Counted from the stretch's first letter, positions 40,841 through 51,916 are shown. The stretch is DNA of 64,000 bases from an uncultured Planctomycetota bacterium (GCA_963823665.1 CAWGMQ010000005.1:736001-800000), one strand, 5' to 3'. The notes: generated by a model from the sequence alone, not told the origin. Made by a program: numbers and translations.

Positions 40841-42358
40841 TCAGGTTTTGCGGCGTGCGCCTGAGCCTGTCGTTCTCGGTGTCGCATTCTCGGTGGGTCG
40901 ATGCTGTTCGAGGGGTGTTTTCACCGTTGCCATGAATTCTCGCCAGTCGCGCTCGAGTGCGTCCAGGTCATTGCCGAAGGCTCGCTGAAAGGCGCTCGCG
41001 ACGCGGTCGCCTCGGTTTTCGCCGCCGAGATCGGGGCCGCGGAGGAGGTCGAGGAAGGTCAGAAACTCGGGTGCGTGACGCGTTCGCAGGTAATAAACCA
41101 GGGCCCAGGCCTGTGCATAAAGGTCGCGCTGATATCCTCGCCCGAAGCCGGCATCTCGGACGAGGCGGTCCAGGCGAATCGGATCTTGAATTCGTCGCCA
41201 ATCCGGAAGCCGCAGGTCGTGAGCGCGGCTGATTCCAGACCAGCGTCCCCCGCGAATCACCTCGAACTGAGCCGCCAGCCCCTCGTGCAACCAGTAAGGA
41301 AAGGCGTCGTGACGCGGTGCGAGCCCGCTTTCGACCGCAAGTTGATGAATCATCTCGTGGGCGGCCGTGCCCAGATCAATCGAGCACCGATCGAGATCCA
41401 ACAACATCGTTTCACACGCGATTTCACCCTCGAGACGGATGATCGCGGCTCGCGCCTCCGAGCGCCCAACCGTGCGAACGGGCTCGCCGCCCAACTCGAT
41501 CCGGATCCTCGCCCGGCCGGGCGCCTCGTCCAACTGCTGGCCGAAACGTTGCAGCTCGTCTCGCCTTGCAACCAGCTTTGCCCTGGCGCTCTTTTCCTGG
41601 TCGGTGCTCCTGGCGTCGAACGCAACCACGGCGCCCCACGTGGGATGGAAATACCCTCGCGTCGTCGCGAACGCGTCGGCAGCCTCGGCGTGAAGAAAGG
41701 CCAGGAAATCCTTCTTGTCGGCGAACCAGGCGGAAACCAGGCGCCGGCGTGGCTTCGCGAGCTCGATTCCCTCGGCTGCGAAGAGCAAATGAAACCCGAC
41801 GATCACACTCTCCAGCATCTCGATGCGCTCGTTGGCCTCGGCCTGCGAGTGCTGATGCAACAAGAGCACGTGCGGACCGCGCGCCACGCTGGTCTCAATT
41901 CCAAGCGCCTTCTGAAAGGCGGCGAACTCCGCATCGGGGCATGGCTCGGCGAGCCTGTCGAGAACCGAAGCCATACGCGCTGTCGGCGTGTGTTTCGGGT
42001 CGAGGTGGTGGAGCGCACGGACTTCCTCAGTGGCTTGTTTGATCAATCCGTTTTCGAGAGCCCACCAGGCCGCGGCGAATCGAGCCTCGAAGCCGCGGGC
42101 CACCGCACCGGCACGTCGCGCGGGCCATTCGGCTTCCGGCCAGAAGCCGGGAACGATCTTGTTAACGTTTTCGCGCGAAAGCTCAATTTGACCGTCGGGC
42201 ATCGATACCAGGACGCGATTGTCTCGGGCGGTGACGGGCAACTGGGCCTCGCCCCCCTTGGTGAAGTAGATCAGATCGGCGCGGACGATCGAACTCACGC
42301 TCAACAACGCAACGATTGTGACTCCGGGAACATGCCGGATCATTCGAGCTCGAATCAT
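40841..42358 (-). CDS. DUF1570-domain secreted protein (zincin-like)
   Basis: Signal peptide; AHEMIHQL, PYWLHEGLA, YAQAWALVYYL. Confidence 0.85.
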   Translation of the reverse strand: MIRARMIRHVPGVTIVALLSVSSIVRADLIYFTKGGEAQLPVTARDNRVLVSMPDGQIELSRENVNKIVPGFWPEAEWPARRAGAVARGFEARFAAAWWALENGLIKQATEEVRALHHLDPKHTPTARMASVLDRLAEPCPDAEFAAFQKALGIETSVARGPHVLLLHQHSQAEANERIEMLESVIVGFHLLFAAEGIELAKPRRRLVSAWFADKKDFLAFLHAEAADAFATTRGYFHPTWGAVVAFDARSTDQEKSARAKLVARRDELQRFGQQLDEAPGRARIRIELGGEPVRTVGRSEARAAIIRLEGEIACETMLLDLDRCSIDLGTAAHEMIHQLAVESGLAPRHDAFPYWLHEGLAAQFEVIRGGRWSGISRAHDLRLPDWRRIQDPIRLDRLVRDAGFGRGYQRDLYAQAWALVYYLRTRHAPEFLTFLDLLRGPDLGGENRGDRVASAFQRAFGNDLDALERDWREFMATVKTPLEQHRPTENATPRTTGSGARRKT

Positions 42359-42569
42359 GAAGGTCCTTGTTATAGGAAATGGACCGAAACCACCAGGGCA
42401 ACCGGCCGGGATACCTTACCGCGCTGACTGGACGGGCAAGCCTGCGAAATAATTCTCGCGAAAGTGGAGCGCGTGAGCGCTCGAACCGTTCTAGGTTTGA
42501 CTCAGGGCCGGGGGCTCGATGATGTCACGGTGCGAAGTGTCGACGTACCGCCTGGTTTGAGGTGGTCTC

Positions 42570-44951
42570 ATGTATACAAACGGCTCGATGGTCGCGGATA
42601 CGGGTGATGGTTCCGGAATGGATGTCGGAACACGGTATCGGACATTATGGCTGCACGCGACCGGTGGACTTGGAGAGGTCTTTGGCGCCATCGATACCGA
42701 GCTGGACCGGCAGGTTGCTCTCAAGCGGTTGCAGCATGCGCAGGCGCAGAATCCCTCGAGTCGCGAGCGATTCGTGGCCGAAGCTGGGATCACTGGAAAC
42801 CTGGAACATCCGGGAATTGTCCCGGTCTACGGTCTGGGAACCGGGTCTGACGGGCGCCCGTACTACGCGATGCGGTTCGTGAAGGGTGAGACGTTGTCGT
42901 CGGCCATTCACCGCTTTCATTCGGGGCTAGATGGCGACTTCACCGGACGGGAGTTTCGGTGGCTGTTGCGGAGATTCATGGACGCGTGCAACCCGGTCGC
43001 GTATGCACATAGCCGAGGGATACTGCACCGTGACTTGAAGCCGAGCAACATCATGCTCGGCCCATTCGGCGAAACGATGGTGATGGATTGGGGCGTCGCG
43101 AAGGTGATCGCCGGCGTAGAGCCGCGAGACACAATCACCGACGAATCGCGGGCGGCGCTGGAGCGACACCGGTGCCGCAGCTTGGGGAACGGCGTGGTGA
43201 CCCTGGACGGCCATACGGTTGGCACCCCGGCCTTCATGAGCCCGGAGCAAGCGGCAGGGCGGCTGGACTCGCTCGGTCCGGCCAGCGACGTCTACAGCTT
43301 GGGCGCGACGTTGTACGTCCTGCTCACTGATCAGCGGCCTTTTGCCGGCCTAACCGAGCAAATTCTTGCGGACGTAAAGCAGGGTCGGTACCTGCTCCCG
43401 CGCACCGTCAAACCGGCGCTTCCGCCCGCGCTCGAAGCCATCTGCCTTCGGGCGATGGCGCTGGATCCACGCAAGCGTTACGAAACGGCACTGCAGCTCG
43501 CCGAGGACATTGAACGATGGCTAGCCGACGAAGCCGTTACGGCGTGGGATGACCCTTGGCTCGACCGCTGCGGTCGCTGGGTCCGGCGGCATAAACCGAT
43601 CATGGCGGGCGCGGCCGCCGCGGCGGGGATGGCACTGATGGCTCTGGGTTTGGCCGTGCCGGTGCTCTCGCTCGCCTGGGGCAACGAATCGGCTGCGCGG
43701 CGCAACGAACAGAAGTTGAGAATTCTGGCCATGCAAAAAGCCGAGGAAGCCTACGAGCTGCAAAAAGTGTCGGACCGTAGTTTGGAAACGGCTCGCCGCG
43801 AGCAAGCTGCCGCGGTTGCCAGCGAGACACATGCCAAAGAAGAACAAGCTCGCGCCAGGAAGACCCTCGAGTTTCTGGTCGCGGCGTTCCGCAAGCCCGA
43901 CCCCGCCCTGGACGGCCGTTCGCTCAAGGTCGTTGACTTGCTCGATCGCGCTGTTCGGGAGCTGAACGAATCATTTCGCGATCAACCTCTGATGGAAGCG
44001 ACGATCTTGAGTGCGATCGGCCAGACGTTCGGCGGGCTCGGGATGCCCGAGAAATCGCTTCCAGTACTCGAGCGGGCCGTAGCCCTTCGCGGTGGTACGC
44101 TGGGCGAGGATGATCCGGAAACGATGCGGGCAACCCATAACCTCGCGATGGCCTTTCAGGATGCGGGCCGATATCAAGAGGCGATCATTCTGCTCGAGCG
44201 AACATTGGCTCGCCGCAAGGGTCGGCAAAACTCGGATCCGACGGAGTTGATCGAGTCGCTGAACGACCTGGCGGTGGCTTACTGGGAGTCGGGCCAACCT
44301 GCCCGTGCCGTACCGCTCTACGAGGCGGCGCTCGAGAGGGTACGCGCCCGGCTCGGGGACGCGCACCCCGACACGCTCACGATCGTCGACAATCTTGCCG
44401 TGGCTTATGTCGCCAGTGGAGAGGCCGGGCGGGCCATCCCACTTCACGAGTCCGTGCTTCAGAAACTGCGGGACACGCTGGGTGAGGATCACCTCACCAC
44501 GTTGGTGACGATGAACAACCTGGCGCGGGCCTACGAAGCTGGCCTCCGGCACACAAAATCGATCGAGCTTTACGAAAGGGCCGTTCCGAGATTGCGAGTG
44601 AAACTCAGCGACGATCATCCCACCGTATTGACGGCGATGTGCGGGATGGCGCGTGCATACCAGTCGATCGGTAGGCTTTCCCAGGCCATCAGCGTGCTCG
44701 AAGTCGTCCTGGTGAAGCGCCGGGTGAAACTTGGCGATGATCACCCGGAGACTCTGATGACTCTGTTCGAGCTTGCAAGTGCCTACTCGGCGAATGGCCA
44801 GCACGAGAAAGGCTTGACTCTTGTGCGCGAATTCCGCGATCGGACCCAGAAGGCCGCCGATACCCTGCCGGTCAAAGTTCGCGAAACCATTCCACACGCG
44901 CGGAAATTGTTCGAGTCGCTCTCGGAAAGAGTCAAGTTCCTGTCGCCGTGA
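42570..44951 (+). CDS. Ser/Thr protein kinase with TM segment and TPR repeats
   Basis: GGLGEV, VALK, HRDLKPSN, DWG, GTPAFMSPEQ, DVYSLG; repeated LG.DHP.TL..NNLA TPRs. Confidence 0.95.
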   Translation: MYTNGSMVADTGDGSGMDVGTRYRTLWLHATGGLGEVFGAIDTELDRQVALKRLQHAQAQNPSSRERFVAEAGITGNLEHPGIVPVYGLGTGSDGRPYYAMRFVKGETLSSAIHRFHSGLDGDFTGREFRWLLRRFMDACNPVAYAHSRGILHRDLKPSNIMLGPFGETMVMDWGVAKVIAGVEPRDTITDESRAALERHRCRSLGNGVVTLDGHTVGTPAFMSPEQAAGRLDSLGPASDVYSLGATLYVLLTDQRPFAGLTEQILADVKQGRYLLPRTVKPALPPALEAICLRAMALDPRKRYETALQLAEDIERWLADEAVTAWDDPWLDRCGRWVRRHKPIMAGAAAAAGMALMALGLAVPVLSLAWGNESAARRNEQKLRILAMQKAEEAYELQKVSDRSLETARREQAAAVASETHAKEEQARARKTLEFLVAAFRKPDPALDGRSLKVVDLLDRAVRELNESFRDQPLMEATILSAIGQTFGGLGMPEKSLPVLERAVALRGGTLGEDDPETMRATHNLAMAFQDAGRYQEAIILLERTLARRKGRQNSDPTELIESLNDLAVAYWESGQPARAVPLYEAALERVRARLGDAHPDTLTIVDNLAVAYVASGEAGRAIPLHESVLQKLRDTLGEDHLTTLVTMNNLARAYEAGLRHTKSIELYERAVPRLRVKLSDDHPTVLTAMCGMARAYQSIGRLSQAISVLEVVLVKRRVKLGDDHPETLMTLFELASAYSANGQHEKGLTLVREFRDRTQKAADTLPVKVRETIPHARKLFESLSERVKFLSP

Positions 44952-45027
44952 GGCGAGAGCCTACGAAAGTATAGTGGTTGACAAAGACACGAGGATGTCA
45001 CGCGAGCCGGACCGCCAGGAGGCTGGG

Positions 45028-45237
45028 ATGCTGGTATTGACCCGCAAGCAATCGCAACAAATCGTAATCGGGCGCGATATTCGGATCACCATCGTGAAGC
45101 TCGACCGCAACCAGGTTCGTCTCGGGATCGACGCTCCACCCGGAATGACCATCCTTCGCGAGGAATTGACCAGACGGAGCGACCCCGCGACGGCCTGCGA
45201 CGACAAGAATGAATGGCACCGCAGTCGCGCGAATTGA
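45028..45237 (+). CDS. csrA: Carbon storage regulator CsrA
   Basis: MLVLTRK..Q.IVIG..IRITIV......VRLGIDAP....ILREEL; AGGAGG RBS. Confidence 0.92.
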   Translation: MLVLTRKQSQQIVIGRDIRITIVKLDRNQVRLGIDAPPGMTILREELTRRSDPATACDDKNEWHRSRAN

Positions 45238-45272
45238 CGGCACCCGAGCCGGATGGCGATTTCAGCCGCGCG

Positions 45273-46028
45273 TCAAATCGGCGGCGGTTGACCTGCAGGT
45301 GTGACCATCTCGCCGCCAGCGTCGACGTCCAGGGACGTCGCCCCTTCGAAAAATCGGTCGGCGAGCTTGCTTACCGCGAGGCTTTCCAGACAGAGGCCGA
45401 TCTTGGGACTGATGAAGTTCTTCTGGTCCTTGGGGAATTCGAAGATCAGGGCCACTTCGTGAACACCGCTCGACTCGGAGTAGACGTAAACCTCCAGATC
45501 CTTGGTCGAAAGATCTTTCGTCACGGCCTTGAAGTTGTTTACGCGGTTTCCATGACTCTTTGACGCGTTTTTGAGCTCTCCAGCGGCGAGCTCGATGCTA
45601 TAAGCTGACTTGACCAGTTCGACGACGTCATCGAGAAACTTGCCGCGCACAACCGTCTCGACGGGCGCCGCCGCCTTCTTGCCGCTCGGCGGGGCCTTCG
45701 GCTTCTTCACTCGAGCAACGACGTGGAGACTCGCCCCCTTTTTCTGATCGATGAAACTGTTCTCGATGTCAAACCTCCCGGCCTCAACGCCGGTCAGGCC
45801 AAAAGCCTGCGTTGGCCCCTCGAGCCCGAGCGGAGGACGGACGAAAATCGAATCACCCTGGAGCATTCCCTTCGTCGGCGCCGCCTCAAGGTTTTCGTTC
45901 AGACGCTTTTCATACTTCCTTTCTTCCAACGTTTTCTCGAGCCGAATGTCATAGTCCTTGCATCCAATCGCCACGATAAAGGACGCGCTGGCCAAGACCG
46001 CGAGAGCACGTTTCATCATTAACCTCAT
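45273..46028 (-). CDS. Hypothetical lipoprotein
   Basis: MMKRALAVLASASFIVAIGC lipobox. Confidence 0.65.
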   Translation of the reverse strand: MRLMMKRALAVLASASFIVAIGCKDYDIRLEKTLEERKYEKRLNENLEAAPTKGMLQGDSIFVRPPLGLEGPTQAFGLTGVEAGRFDIENSFIDQKKGASLHVVARVKKPKAPPSGKKAAAPVETVVRGKFLDDVVELVKSAYSIELAAGELKNASKSHGNRVNNFKAVTKDLSTKDLEVYVYSESSGVHEVALIFEFPKDQKNFISPKIGLCLESLAVSKLADRFFEGATSLDVDAGGEMVTPAGQPPPI

Positions 46029-46202
46029 GCATGGCGAAGACGTTGGCTGTTGCTCGTTTACAGATAATAATTAACTGTCGGCAGGATCGAGCGGGATGTC
46101 AAGCCTCGGGTGGCGCCAGAGGCGATATCACGCCCCGATCAATGACTTGGGGCGCATCGGGCTGCCCCGCACGCCTTGGCTCTCGAGTCGGAAGCCGCTC
46201 TC

Positions 46203-46589
46203 ATGACCGAACCGGATGATCGAGTGGCCAATGCTTCGCCGCACGGTGCTCAAGAGGGCTTGGTTCATCGTGCCCGTGTCGTTCAGATCATCGCCATGGT
46301 CAAGCCGTTTCGGGCGCAGGCCGTGCTGGCGGCGCTTGAGTCGGTTGACGTGCTGGCCGGCACGGTTCGTGAAGCGATGGGCTACGGCAGACAGAAGGAC
46401 CGCCTGCACCAATACCTCGGAAGCGAATACAATTCGTCATTCGTTCCCAAGGTCGAGCTGTCCGTGCTGGTGCGCGAAGAAGATGCGCCCGCCGCGGTCA
46501 AGGCGATCGTGGGCCAAGCTCGTACCGGCCGAATCGGCGATGGCAAGGTCTTGGTGTTCCCGTGCTACGAAGAGTATCTGAGCTGGTAG
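46203..46589 (+). CDS. PII-family signal transduction protein (GlnB/GlnK-like); start uncertain
   Basis: IIAMVKPF, GYGRQK, YLGSEY T-loop, PKVEL, ARTGRIGDGKV. Confidence 0.9.
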   Translation: MTEPDDRVANASPHGAQEGLVHRARVVQIIAMVKPFRAQAVLAALESVDVLAGTVREAMGYGRQKDRLHQYLGSEYNSSFVPKVELSVLVREEDAPAAVKAIVGQARTGRIGDGKVLVFPCYEEYLSW

Positions 46590-46638
46590 ATTTGCGGCGT
46601 TCTTCAAGACGGGAGCAGAGAAAACGATACACAGCCGG

Positions 46639-47493
46639 TCAATGCGGCGTGTTGACCCAGAGAACACGGCGAAAGCGCTTATGCGCGTTGTCCTCGAGGT
46701 CGACGAGCACCTGTTGAGGCACGGTACGCGGATTCTGGGCACGAAGCAACGCATAGCGACCGCATTGCTCGAACCAACGCACAACCGGTTGATTGTCCAG
46801 CCAGGCCACTACGAGCTTCCCGTCGAGCTGCTGCACATCCTCCTCTTCCTTGGCATAAGCGACTGACGCGCCATCGGCGATGATTGGGGCCATCGCGTCT
46901 CCGCTCACGCAAACGCAACGGTTCTCACGCTGCGCCGCCAGCCATTCTCGGCGAGAATCGGCGACCCGAGCGCTTTCGTCGATCTGGGACACAGTTGTGC
47001 CTTCTGCGCTCGTTGCGGCTGTGAGCTCGCGAAAGGCCCGATGGTCTAAATTTGGGGCCGAAAGATCGGCCTCGCCGGAAAGCCGGTTGACTGCAATCGA
47101 AACGTCAGGGATGCCTTCACCGGATGGTGGCCGGACGCGCTCGTTTTTTTCTTCCAGGAGCTGAAGGGCCGTTCGGAGCAGAGCACCGATGGTCACGGAC
47201 GGGGTCCCGCCGGCTCGGCAGCGCTCGGGACGCGCACTACGGAATTTTGGCCCTTCGCCGTGCAACAGCCACACCGCCTCGACCGATGTAAGCTCGATGA
47301 TCTTCAAAATCACTTCGGCCGGAACGGTCACGCCGCCTTCATAGTTGTACCAGGTACGGACGGGTATACCCAGGCGTCGCGCCATCTCGGGCCCCCCTCG
47401 GTCCCCGTACAGCTCGGACCGCAACTGCGCTAGTCGTTCAGCCAAGGCGAGCTTGGCCCGAACCGATTCTGGGAGAGTCTTCCGACGTGCCAT
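46639..47493 (-). CDS. XRE-HTH + S24-like domain transcriptional regulator (CI/LexA-like)
   Basis: EMARRLGIPVRTWYNYEGG...WLLHGEG; C-terminal VSGDAMAPII.DG...LVVA...LRAQNP. Confidence 0.8.
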   Translation of the reverse strand: MARRKTLPESVRAKLALAERLAQLRSELYGDRGGPEMARRLGIPVRTWYNYEGGVTVPAEVILKIIELTSVEAVWLLHGEGPKFRSARPERCRAGGTPSVTIGALLRTALQLLEEKNERVRPPSGEGIPDVSIAVNRLSGEADLSAPNLDHRAFRELTAATSAEGTTVSQIDESARVADSRREWLAAQRENRCVCVSGDAMAPIIADGASVAYAKEEEDVQQLDGKLVVAWLDNQPVVRWFEQCGRYALLRAQNPRTVPQQVLVDLEDNAHKRFRRVLWVNTPH

Positions 47494-48055
47494 TAGCGAT
47501 TTCCTACAAGCAATCTTGTGCCAATGAGTTCAGCTTCAGGTGCCAAGCAGATCGGCACACGCGATCGAGCACCTAGAGCTATTTAAAGCGTTTTGCGGGA
47601 GAAATCAATACGATTGTCGACAAAGCTGCCAAAGTTCAACAAAAGTTGACGGCGGTTTGACAAAGTCGGCGCAGCTTCAGGCCAGTTTCTTGCATGAATG
47701 GCGGCTTGGAGGACAGGATTCGGCTTCGCAGCCAGGCGAGTACGCCATCGACCGTGCTCGCTACCGCATACTATTACGACATCTTTCCAGAAATGCGACT
47801 ACTTGTGCGCAAAAATCACCATAAATCGCACCGTCCGGCAGCAGGCGATAGCCGAGATCGCCTTGCATAAAGGCTATCCAGCAAAGACATAACGTGCCGC
47901 GGCAATCAGACCGCTGCGAAGTCGAAAGTTTTCGATCCAAGGGTGCTTGACCGCGGGGATTGCTCAAACAAAGCAAGATCATCTGTTGTGCGAGTCATCC
48001 CCACACCTTTAGCGGATGCAGGATCGCATGATCCGGAGGCTGGTTGGGGGATCGT

Positions 48056-48686
48056 TCACTCATCATCATCCAGGTCGAGCTCGAGGAGAAAGTCGGCGAC
48101 CGCGTCGTCTTTGCCGGATTTCGCCGTCTTCTTGGCCCCTTCCAACGTGACGGTGGGGTCGCTCGACGACGTGTTCTTGGACGCGGCCAGAGGTCGAGTC
48201 GGTTCCGCAGGCACGTCATCATCGGCCAGAGGAATGCCCTCGATCTCCGGTACGGGTTCACCGTCGTCGAACTCCATTTCGAATTCTTCGTCGTCAGAGT
48301 CAGCGGAATCGTCGACGATTGCCTCGACCACCGCGGTGTCGCCGGCCTTGGGCTGCGACTCGGGGCTAGCCGGAAGCGGAGATGTCGGTTTGCCGATCTT
48401 CGCCACGCGCAGCGTGACCGCTCCGACCGTGAGTTCGTCTCCGTGTTTCAACGACTGTTCGCCCGTGACGCGCTTGCCGTTGACGTACGTCCCGTTGGAG
48501 CTGCCCAGATCACGGAGCATGAGTTGGCCGCCGACCTCGTACAGTTCGCAATGACGCCGGCTCACCTGTGCCGACTTGATGCGGATAACACAGTCGTCGT
48601 GGCGCTCCGAGGCTCGTCACGTTGTCGGTCAGCTTGAGTGTCGTCGTTGCGCTTCGGCCCCGCACGACCTGGAGTACATAGTTCAT
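48056..48686 (-). CDS. FHA-domain protein with acidic tail (indel ~48610)
   Basis: SLG/RHDDC..I...VSRRHC, LRDLGSSNGTYVNG, LKHGDELTVG. Confidence 0.9.
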
Positions 48687-48945
48687 CGTAGATGGCCCGT
48701 TAGTTTTTGCGACGTTGCAGGCGAGATGATTGGACTGATGGAAAGCCATCGAATGTAAAACTATCCGATCGCGCGTCTGGACGCAAATAGAAAGCGAGGA
48801 AGGCGCAAAGCGGCGAGGGTCCCTTTTGCGACTCGTGGCTTGAATTCCCGGGTGACCGCGCTATACTGATTCTGGTTTCGGATGGAGTTGAGATTGCGAA
48901 ACGCCCGGTTGACCTCGGGCGCAACTTCTCATCTCGCCAGGGCAT

Positions 48946-49017
48946 GCGGGAGTAGCTCAGGGGTAGAGCACCACGTTGCCAACGTGGCTGTCGAGGGTTC
49001 AAATCCCTTCTCCCGCT
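48946..49017 (+). tRNA. tRNA-Gly(GCC)
   Basis: GCGGGAGTAGCTCAGGGGTAGAGCACCACG-TTGCCAA-CGTGGCTGTCGAGGGTTCAAATCCCTTCTCCCGCT. Confidence 0.95.
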
Positions 49018-49118
49018 CTCGATCGATACCATCCCGGGTCGGCGGCTTTCGCTCAAGCGCGTCCTGTGCGTGATGGCGGACCAAGCCATTCCGGCCGGAC
49101 GCGAAATGAGGAAAGGAA

Positions 49119-50601
49119 ATGCAAGCGATGAGCACCGATGAGAGCGAACCCGAGGTGTCGACTGCGGTGGCCGAAGGGGCCGATGGAGGCGAAGCCAAGC
49201 GAAAGCTTGAGCTCGAAGTTTCGATTACCGACGCTGGACCGTGCAAGAAACACTTGAAGATTCTCGATTCCGAGATCGGAGATCGACCTTCAGTACGAGC
49301 AATCGCTCGAGTCGTTGCGGAAGGATGCCGCCGTTCCTGGATTTCGGCCGGGCCGTGCACCGCGGCAGCTTATCGTCAAGCGGTTTCGGAAGCAGGTCTC
49401 GCAGCAGGTCAAGTCCAACTTGCTGATGTCGTCGCTCGATCAGATCGACAAGGAATACAAGCTCGAGCCCATCGTTCAGCCCCGGCTTGATATCGACGCG
49501 ATCGAAATTCCCGAAACCGGGCCGATGAGCTTCGAGATGGACATCGAGGTGCGGCCGCAGTTCGACCTGCCCACCTACAAGGGGCTCAAGGTCAAGCGAC
49601 CGGTCGCGGAGCTCACCGATAAAGATATCGACGATCAGTTGAATCGATTCCTGGAAGGCCGGGGAACGATCGTTCCCAAGCTCGAAGACAATGCGGAGAT
49701 CGGCGATTACATCACCGCCGATTTGACCTTCCTCGGCCCCGGCGGCCAGGTGCTCGATGAGCTCAAAGAAGCTCAGTTCCGGCTTCAGTCCGAGCTTCGC
49801 TTTCAGAATGGTACGATCAGGGGTGCCGGCCGCCGCCCTCGCGGGAGCCGCGCGCGGCGAAACGCGCGAAGTCCAAGCCACGCTCGGCTCGGCCGTCGAA
49901 GACCCAGAGCTGCGAGGCGCCACGATCGGCGTCAAGGTCTTGGTCAACGACCTGAAACGGTTGCGTCTTCCTGATTTGAACGACGAGTTCTTTGATTCGA
50001 TGGGCTTCGACGATCTGGCAGAATTGCGCGGCGCGATTGCCGAGATGCTGAAGCGCAAGATCCATTCGGAACAACGACAGGCCATGCACCGGCAGATCGT
50101 CGACCAGTTGCTCAGGCAGACGCCGTTCGATCTGCCGACCGATCTGGTGGCAGCGCGAAGAGAGGTCCACAATCCAGCGGCTGGTCGCGCAGTTCAGAGG
50201 GCGAAGGCAAGTCCGACAGGGAGATCAGAGCCAACGAAGCCCAGATCCGCGCCAACGCACACGAAAGGACCCTCCGCTCGCTCAAGGAATTGTTACTGCT
50301 CAGCCGGATCGCCGACGCCGAGAAGATCGAAGTGAGCGAGCAAGACGCCGCTCTCGAAATCGAAGCGATCGCCGCCCGAACCGACGAGAGCGTTCGACGG
50401 GTGCGGGCTCGAGTCGAAAAGGAGGGAGGCCCCGACTCTCTCATGACGCAGATCCTCGAGCGCAAAGTCATCGATCGCATTCTCGAAGAGACGATAGTCG
50501 AGGACGTCCAGACCACGATCGAGCCGGAAGAGGACGTCGAAACCATCGACTACGTTCTCAAGGCTCCGGCCGCCGCCGCGGACACCGGCAGCGAAACTTG
50601 A
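49119..50601 (+). CDS. tig: Trigger factor (several indels, ~49275, ~49820 and ~50160-50200)
   Basis: AAVPGFRPGRAP ribosome-binding motif, EVRPQFDLPTYKGLKV, C-terminal RIADAEKIEVS; upstream of clpP. Confidence 0.9.
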
Positions 50602-50618
50602 TTTTCAAGGAACGTTCC

Positions 50619-51257
50619 ATGGCCCCTGAAGCTCCTCTGGCCGACCCATTTCTTCAGCGCTACCGCGACTACACGCGGCAGCGTCAGATGACCTTGGGCG
50701 ACATGCTCCTCGAGAACCGGATCGTCTTTCTCGAAGGTGTTATCAACGACGCAGTCGCCAACTTGGCGGTCATGAAGTTCCTCTTCCTTCAGTACGAAAA
50801 TCGAACTCAGGGAATCAGTTTCTACATCAACAGCCCCGGCGGGAGCGTTTCGAGCACGCTGGCGATCTACGACACGATGCAGTTCATCGAGTGCCCGATC
50901 GCAACCTACTGCATCGGGTTGGCCGCCTCCGGCGCGGCCGTTCTCCTGGCCGGCGGGTCAAAGGGCCGCCGGTACGCCCTTCCACATGCGAAGATCATGA
51001 TCCATCAGCCCTATGGCCAGGTCGGCGGACAGGTCTCCGACATCGAGATCCAGGCCGAAGAGATCGTCAGGAGCAAGCACATCATCAACGAAATCCTGGC
51101 GAGACACACAGGCCAGCCCATCGAGCGCGTCTCGAGGGACACGGAACGTGATCGGTATCTGACCGCCGCTCAGGCCAAGGAGTACGGCCTGGTCGATGAG
51201 GTCGTCGGGCGCATCGCCGGCCTGGAAAAGGGCGCGCCTGCTTCACCCGCCTCTTGA
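50619..51257 (+). CDS. clpP: ATP-dependent Clp protease proteolytic subunit (paralog 1)
   Basis: YINSPGGS, GLAASG, IMIHQP, TERDRYL. Confidence 0.92.
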   Translation: MAPEAPLADPFLQRYRDYTRQRQMTLGDMLLENRIVFLEGVINDAVANLAVMKFLFLQYENRTQGISFYINSPGGSVSSTLAIYDTMQFIECPIATYCIGLAASGAAVLLAGGSKGRRYALPHAKIMIHQPYGQVGGQVSDIEIQAEEIVRSKHIINEILARHTGQPIERVSRDTERDRYLTAAQAKEYGLVDEVVGRIAGLEKGAPASPAS

Positions 51258-51281
51258 TCTCTTCGAGAAGGTTTCAGAATC

Positions 51282-51911
51282 ATGCCACTGGTCCCCATCG
51301 TGATCGAACGCAGCGGTCGTGAAGAGCGGGCGATGGATATCTATTCCCGCCTGCTTCAAGATCGAATCATTATCCTCGGCTCAACCATCGACGACACGGT
51401 TGCGAACCTGGTCGTCGCGCAGATGCTCGTCCTGGCCCATCAGGACGCCAAGGCCGACATCCATCTCTACGTCAACAGCCCCGGCGGCAGCGTGACGGCG
51501 GGCCTGGCGATCTACGACACCATGCAATGGGTCCCGTGCGACGTCGCCACGTACTGCATCGGCCAGTGCGCCAGTATGGGCTCGCTGCTCCTTGCCGCCG
51601 GCGCCCGAGGTAAGCGAAACGCCCTGCCCCACAGCCGCATCATGATCCATCAGCCGCTGGCGGGCATGGAAGGAACCGCGACCGACATATTGATCCACGC
51701 CGAGGAATTCATCCGGATGAAAAAGCAGCTCAACCAGATCTATCAGAAACACTCCGGCCAAACCCTCGAACGCTTGCAGGACGACACCGATCGCGACCGC
51801 TTCATGTCGCCGGAGGAAGCCAAGGAATACGGCTTGATCGATCAGGTCGTCGACCGCGAGCCAGCAATCCCGCTCAACCCCAACCCCGTTCCCTCATCGG
51901 GACGAGATTGA
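51282..51911 (+). CDS. clpP: ATP-dependent Clp protease proteolytic subunit (paralog 2)
   Basis: [37 protein letters not shown]. Confidence 0.95.
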   Translation: MPLVPIVIERSGREERAMDIYSRLLQDRIIILGSTIDDTVANLVVAQMLVLAHQDAKADIHLYVNSPGGSVTAGLAIYDTMQWVPCDVATYCIGQCASMGSLLLAAGARGKRNALPHSRIMIHQPLAGMEGTATDILIHAEEFIRMKKQLNQIYQKHSGQTLERLQDDTDRDRFMSPEEAKEYGLIDQVVDREPAIPLNPNPVPSSGRD

Positions 51912-51916
51912 TCCGC

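Noticed and set aside
46639..47493. Prophage immunity region
   Set aside because: No phage structural, replication or integrase genes; the flanks are core genes
49119..50601. Programmed frameshifting or pseudogenisation of tig
   Set aside because: Several breaks with no evident slippery sites, in a window full of indels; sequencing error is simpler
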